Shown here in pieces: positions 58,925 through 64,000 of a DNA stretch of 64,000 nt. The first letter of the stretch is position 1, and each line of letters begins with the position of its first letter. The position numbers and the translations under genes are program-made. The notes under the pieces were generated by a model, which was not told the DNA's origin, did no database searches, and worked only from the letters and a program-made list of their open reading frames with translations. This DNA is from the human T2T-CHM13v2.0 reference genome, Homo sapiens: NCBI RefSeq assembly GCF_009914755.1, contig NC_060930.1. One strand, given 5' to 3'.

Positions 58925-59687
58925 TGTTACTGGGTGGGTCTTTGTTCTTAGAGCTCCTAAGATGGTGGCGGGCCACTCCCAAGATGGGGCAGCAAGGCTT
59001 TTATTCTCTGACCTGGGGTTCCTGGCCTCACAGATTCCAAGGAATGGAACCTTGGGCCACGTGGTGAATGTTATAGCTGTATTAGAAGCCATGGGTCACA
59101 GAAGAGAACCATGGAACCCAGCAACTAGCGTTTAGCTCGATTAGGATGAACGTAGGCACTTAGCCATGCAGGAACAATGGTGAGACTCTAGCCCGAACGG
59201 GAGCGTCAGTGGGTGCCTCGCTGGATCAGAAATGCAGCAGACACCCTGCCAGATCCAGAGGGGTGGAAGTCAATGGCGGGTCTGCAACGGCGGTGAACAG
59301 CAGTGGCGGACGGTGAGCGAAAGCTCAGCAGGAGCCAGAACAAACGTGGACCAGAAGAGTGTGCAGTTGCAAGATTTAACAGTGAAAACAGAGCTCCACA
59401 CAATCGGAGGGGACCCAAAGGGGGTTGCCACTCCCTGCTCGAATACCTGGGTTTGTATCCCGATCATTGACCCTCCCCATGTGCTCTCAGGTGATATATG
59501 ATTTGACTATTTCTTTACCTCCTGCTTTTAGCCTAATTTGTATTTTAGTGAGCCATCTTTACTACCTGATTGGTCATGTGTGAGCTGAGTTACAAGCCCC
59601 GTGTTTAAAGGTGGGAGCAGTCACCTTCCCAAGCTAGGCTTAGGAAGTCTTAGTTGGCCTAGGAAATCCAGCTAGTCCTGTCTCTCA
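58925..59687 (-). mobile_element. HERV-W 3' LTR (LTR17), complete U3-R-U5
   Basis: Minus strand begins TGAGAGACAGGACTAGCTGGATTTCCTAGG and ends ..CAGTAACA; preceded by polypurine tract TTGAGAGGGGG. Confidence 0.95.
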
Positions 59688-59745
59688 GTACCCCCTCTCA
59701 ACAGGGAAACCCAAGTGTTGTTGGGGAGGTTGGCCAACAACAGCT

Positions 59746-60212
59746 TTAACTGCTTCCTGCTGAATTGGGGTGTAGTAGGGGTTGTGCAGTTGAGATTTCC
59801 TCAGGAGGGATGCCTTCGATGTCATCAACATTGGAGCATGGGCTAGCAGGCCCGTCCAGGGGTCCACAGTAGATCTTAGTCATGGACTGCATCTGGGGCT
59901 CCAATTGAAGAACCATTTGTAGTTTTACAGCTTTGATTCTGGAAGAGACAAACTTAACAAGGAGGTTAAAGATACAGGGATTGAAATGTATGGCCTGAAG
60001 TGCAGGGGCATATGGGTGTGGGCGGTGAAAGTGGAGTTTGCTTTAGAAAAACTCCTATACTATGGGGCATCAATGTTTCTGGGAAGCCGAATTCTCCATA
60101 GAAGCTCTTGGTAAGGGGAGCTACTGGTAGTGCAGTGGCATGGAGAAGGTGCAGTGAGTATGAAAGGGGATAAGAGAACAGTAAAAAGAAAAATATGGCA
60201 AGGGAGGGCCAT
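59746..60212 (-). pseudogene. HERV-W env remnant, internally deleted, stop at codon 51
   Basis: ATG at 60212 gives MALPCHIFLFTVLLSPF.. (syncytin-1-like signal peptide); TAG at 60060-60062; C-terminal ..PNSAGSS* ends at 59746; only 467 nt in total. Confidence 0.9.
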
Positions 60213-60269
60213 GGGGATCTACGATTCTAGTTACTTTCCTCACAGTTGTCACTTGAAGAGCAGGCACAG

Positions 60270-63200
60270 ATCCTCCAGAGGTTCACAGGAATAGTTAGCG
60301 TTGTTTTCTGGATTTTTGGGTTCCTTTGGCAGTATCCAGGGTTTGACTCGAGTGTGATGTATGCAAAACTCCACTCCAGCCACTTTAACTGTGGTTGGGG
60401 TAGATAAAAATGACTGGGTAGGGTCCTTCCCAGGATGTATCTAGGGATGGGGAATTAGAGAGAACGGACTTGACTAATACCATGTCACTAGGGTGGAATA
60501 GTTCCTTTCCCTCCTCTCGGGGACAGGTTCCCTGTGATGTTTTAAGAACTTGTTGATATTTGGCTAAGGAGGTGATGTCTGCAACTAAGTTGGCCATTTC
60601 TCAGTCAAGCACAAGGTCATTGGTTAGGAAGGGCCATCCATATAGCATCTCGTATGGGCTAAGTCCTGCTTTTTGGGGGATAGTTATGGATTCTTAGTAA
60701 GGTTATAGGCAACAGAGCAGGTCATGCAATGTGGGTTTCTTGGGTTAGCTTTTTTAGATCTTTGAGTGTTTCATTCATTTTCTTGACTTTTCTGGAGGAT
60801 TGTGGCCTCCAGGCACAGTGTAAGTGATATTGTATGCCTAACACCTGGGATACTCCCTGGGTTACTGCAGCCTTGAAAGCGGGGCCATTGTCACCCTGTA
60901 ATCCTGGGGGAAGTCCAAATCTGGGAATTATTTCATTAGTGCCTTTATTACCTCTTGGGCCTTTTCTGTCCTACAAGGAGAAGACTCCACCCAACCAGTG
61001 AAAGTATCTGCCCAGACTAGTAGATGCTGAAATCCCTGACATTTGGGCATGTGGGTAAAATCTAGTTGCCAGTCTTCCCCTGGGTAATGGCCTGTTCTTT
61101 GTTCTCCTGAAGGAGCATGGCGATAAGGCAGGGGATTATTTCTTTGGCATGCTTCACGGGCCCTATCTGCTTGATAGTTTTGAAAAGGCCTGGTCCAGTA
61201 AATAATGATTTGGCCATCTGATGGGCGCTATCAATGCCTAAGTGAAAGGTCTGGTGAAGGGTTTTAAGAAATTTCCACTGGTTAGCTGCAGGCAAAAATA
61301 TTTTTCCTTCTTTGGTGGCTAGCCATCCTGAGGGGAGGAAACTATGTCCTCGTGAGGGTCCCCATTCTATTTCTTCTGCTGAGTACTGGGGCTTGGTTTC
61401 CTGGAGGAGATTACCTCATACTAGGGGTCCTTCTATAAGCATTTTGAATGGAGGGTCCCAACTTGCAGCTCTTTTGGCTTCAATATCTGCTTGGCGGTTC
61501 CCTTCTATTTTCCTTTCTGATGACCCCAGTAGTGTAAGACTGCCACCTCTTTAGGTTCCTGTACAGCCAATAATAATCTCCTAATGGCTTCCTGATGTCT
61601 GATAGGTGTTTCCTCAGAAGTTAGGAATTCCCTATCTCTCCATATTGCTGTGTGGGCATGGAGGACTAGGTAAGCATACTTAAGAGTCTGTATATATATT
61701 TACCCTTTTCCCTTCTCCTAATTCTAGTGCCCGAGTGAGGGCTATTAATTCTGCCAGCTGAGCGCTAGTTCGTGGAGTGTGGGGATTACTTTCAAGTATT
61801 CCATTATCACTGACCACTGCATATCCCACCTTTCAAAGTCCTTTTTCTACAAAGGAGCTTCCATCAGTATACAAGCTGAGTTTGGGATCAGTCAAGGGAA
61901 CCTCTAGAAAGTCCCCTTGAGCAGCATAGGTTTGCACATTTACTTCTTGACAGTTATGTTCTATCTTTTCTTCATTATCTGGAAGAAATGCAGCTGGATT
62001 AAGAGTTGCACAAGTGTACAGTCACAGCACTGACCCTTCAAGTAATACAGCCTGATATTTAAGCAAATGGTTGTCTGACAGCCACAAGTCTCCTTTAGCA
62101 GTGAGTATGCCGTTCACATCATGAGATGTCCACACGATAAGATCTCTTCCCTGTATTATCTTAACTGCTTCAGATACTAAGACTGCTACTGCTGCCACTA
62201 CCCATAAACAATGAGGCCAACCCTTTGCCACTACATCAATTTCCTTACTAAGGTATGCCACAGCTTGCAAGCTGGTTCCTTGGACCTGTATAAGGACTCC
62301 TAGAGTTATTCCTGTTTTTTTCTGTGACATATAAAGAAAAGTCTTGCCCTGTTGGCAAGCTTAACACTGGGGCTTGGGTTCGGGCCTTCTTTAGGGCCTG
62401 AAAGCCACTTCTGTTTCAGGTGTCCATTCTACTAAATGGGTATCGGCTTTCTGAGTTTCCTTAATTAGTGTTTATAATGGCCTGGCTATTTCACCGTACC
62501 TGGAAATCCATATTTGGCAGAAGCCTGTTATGCCAAGGAACCCCCTTAATTGCTTCAGGGTTTTGGGATGAGGATAAGCCAGGATAGACTGGATACATTC
62601 CTCACTGAGGGTCCTGGTGCCTTTGGATAGTTGTAGCCCTAAGTATTTATGTAAGCAGGGCTGAGCCTTTAGTTTGGAAAATTTGTAGCCACAAGTGGTG
62701 AGGAAGTTTAAAAGCGCTTGGGTGGCTTGATGGCACAAGGTTTCTGAATGGGCAGCTAGAAGTAAGTCATCCACATACTGAAGGACATGAGTGTCCAAGT
62801 ATGAGAACTGGCTCAAGTCTTGGGCTAATGCCTGGCCAAATAGATGGGGGCTATCCCTGAACCCTTGGGGTAAAACAGTCCAGGTGAGTTGAGACGTTGG
62901 GTTCGAAGGATCTTCAAAGGTAAACAAGAATTGAGAGTCAGGATGTACAGGGGTGCAAAAAAAGGCATCCTTAAGGTCCAGGACTGTAAACCAGTCTGCT
63001 TCCTCTGGTATTTGGGAAAGCAGAGCATAAGGGTTAGGTACAGCTAGGTATAGAGAGACAACGGCCTCATTGATAATCCTGAGATCTTGCACTAACCTCC
63101 ACTGTCCGTTGGGTTTCTGTACTCCTAAAATTGGAGTATTGCAGGGGCTATTGCATGGTTTTACTAGGCCTTGGACTTTTAGGTCCTTAACAATCTTTTG

Positions 63201-63300
63201 CAGTCCTTGTTGGGCCTCGGGTCTGAGGGGGTACTGCCTTTGGTAGGGAAAGGAGGCAGAATCCTTTAGTTTAACTTGAACAGGACGGGCATTCTTTGCT
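60270..63300 (-). pseudogene. HERV-W pol (RT, RNase H, integrase), disrupted
   Basis: QDLR..LDLKDAFF..LPQGF..YVDDLLL (RT, 62472-63092); YTDGSS (RNase H, ~61855-61872); DNGPAF (~60877-60894) and WEGPY (IN); frameshifts and stops. Confidence 0.93.
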
Positions 63301-63305
63301 CATCC

Positions 63306-63713
63306 TTATTGTCCTTCTGTTGCCCAGACTTCAGGATTAATTCCTTCCTCAAGTAGTGGACAACAAACAGATGTTCCTTCTCCTATGTTCAGGTGTATAA
63401 TGGACCCTGCTTTTGCTAGAATGTCTCTCCCTAACAAAGGAGTGGGGCTTTCAGGCATAATTAGAAAGGCATGTGAAAAGAGTAAAGGTCCCCAGTCACA
63501 ACTCAGTGGTTGGGAGAAGTATCTAGTGACTGCCTGTCCTAGGACCCCTTGGATAGTGACAGATCTGGAGGACAGTTGTCTGGGACGGGAGAGTAAGACT
63601 GAGAAGGCTGCGCCAGTGTCCAGAAGACAGTTAACCTCCTGGTCCTCAATGGTCAAGCATACCTGGGGCTCTGTGAGGGTGATGGCATGGGCTGGCGCTT
63701 GCCCTGGGCACCC
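63306..63713 (-). pseudogene. HERV-W protease
   Basis: LLDTGA active-site motif and PLLGRDIL motif. Confidence 0.9.
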
Positions 63714-64000
63714 TCAGTCTTGCTGCTGGATCATCTGGTTAGTGGCTTCTGACTCAGAGGACCTTCATCCCCTGGGGCAGTGGGCCTTCCAGTGATTCCC
63801 TTGACATAAGGGGCATGGACGAGGGGGCAGCTTATTCCTATTTGGATAATCTTTTTTAAAGTGTCCTTGTAGACTGCACCGGAAATAAGCCCTATTAGGC
63901 ATTTGATTTGCCCAGCCTTTCCATGTTCCAGAGCCTCCAAAGTCTACTTGCCTGAGAGCCATGACTAAAGCAGTGGCCTTTTTCTTATACCGTTTGTCCC
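63714..64000 (-). pseudogene. HERV-W gag C-terminus (nucleocapsid)
   Basis: Zinc-knuckle-like YFRCSLQGHFKKDY (degenerate) and CPLCQGNHWKAHC; gag stop TGA at 63714-63716 (QQQD*GCPG). Confidence 0.88.

Larger units (their letters stand above)
58925..64000 (-). mobile_element. HERV-W (HERV17) provirus, 3' part; 5' part lies beyond the window
   Basis: Collinear gag end, pro, RT, RNase H, IN, env remnant, PPT, LTR17. Confidence 0.95.

Noticed and set aside
59746-60212. Syncytin-1 (ERVW-1) or another functional env
   Set aside because: Stop at codon 51, most of SU/TM deleted, and it retains the 12-nt tail segment absent from ERVW-1

Overview
AT-rich, repeat-dense human genomic DNA. An AluYb8 at ~19.8 kb, a subfamily essentially restricted to humans, supports the species call. 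The window looks intergenic or intronic, and I recognise no host protein-coding gene. The two main elements are a full-length but inactivated ~6.15 kb L1PA (L1PA4-like, + strand, 46.56-52.72 kb) inserted in an Alu poly(A) tail, and the 3' ~5 kb of a HERV-W/HERV17 provirus (- strand, 58.9-64 kb: gag end, pro, pol, deleted env, complete LTR17) inserted into another Alu. The rest holds Alus, truncated L1s (one with a twin-priming inversion), solo LTRs (MLT1, MLT2A, MER39, MER50), MIR/L2 relics, hAT/Tigger MITEs, a 54-bp minisatellite and microsatellites. Several well-formed minus-strand splice-site pairs hint at a spliced non-coding transcript. Repeat family names and consensus comparisons come from my recall, not a database search. 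I see no convincing undescribed biological system; the best leads are regulatory or structural and are labelled as hypotheses.
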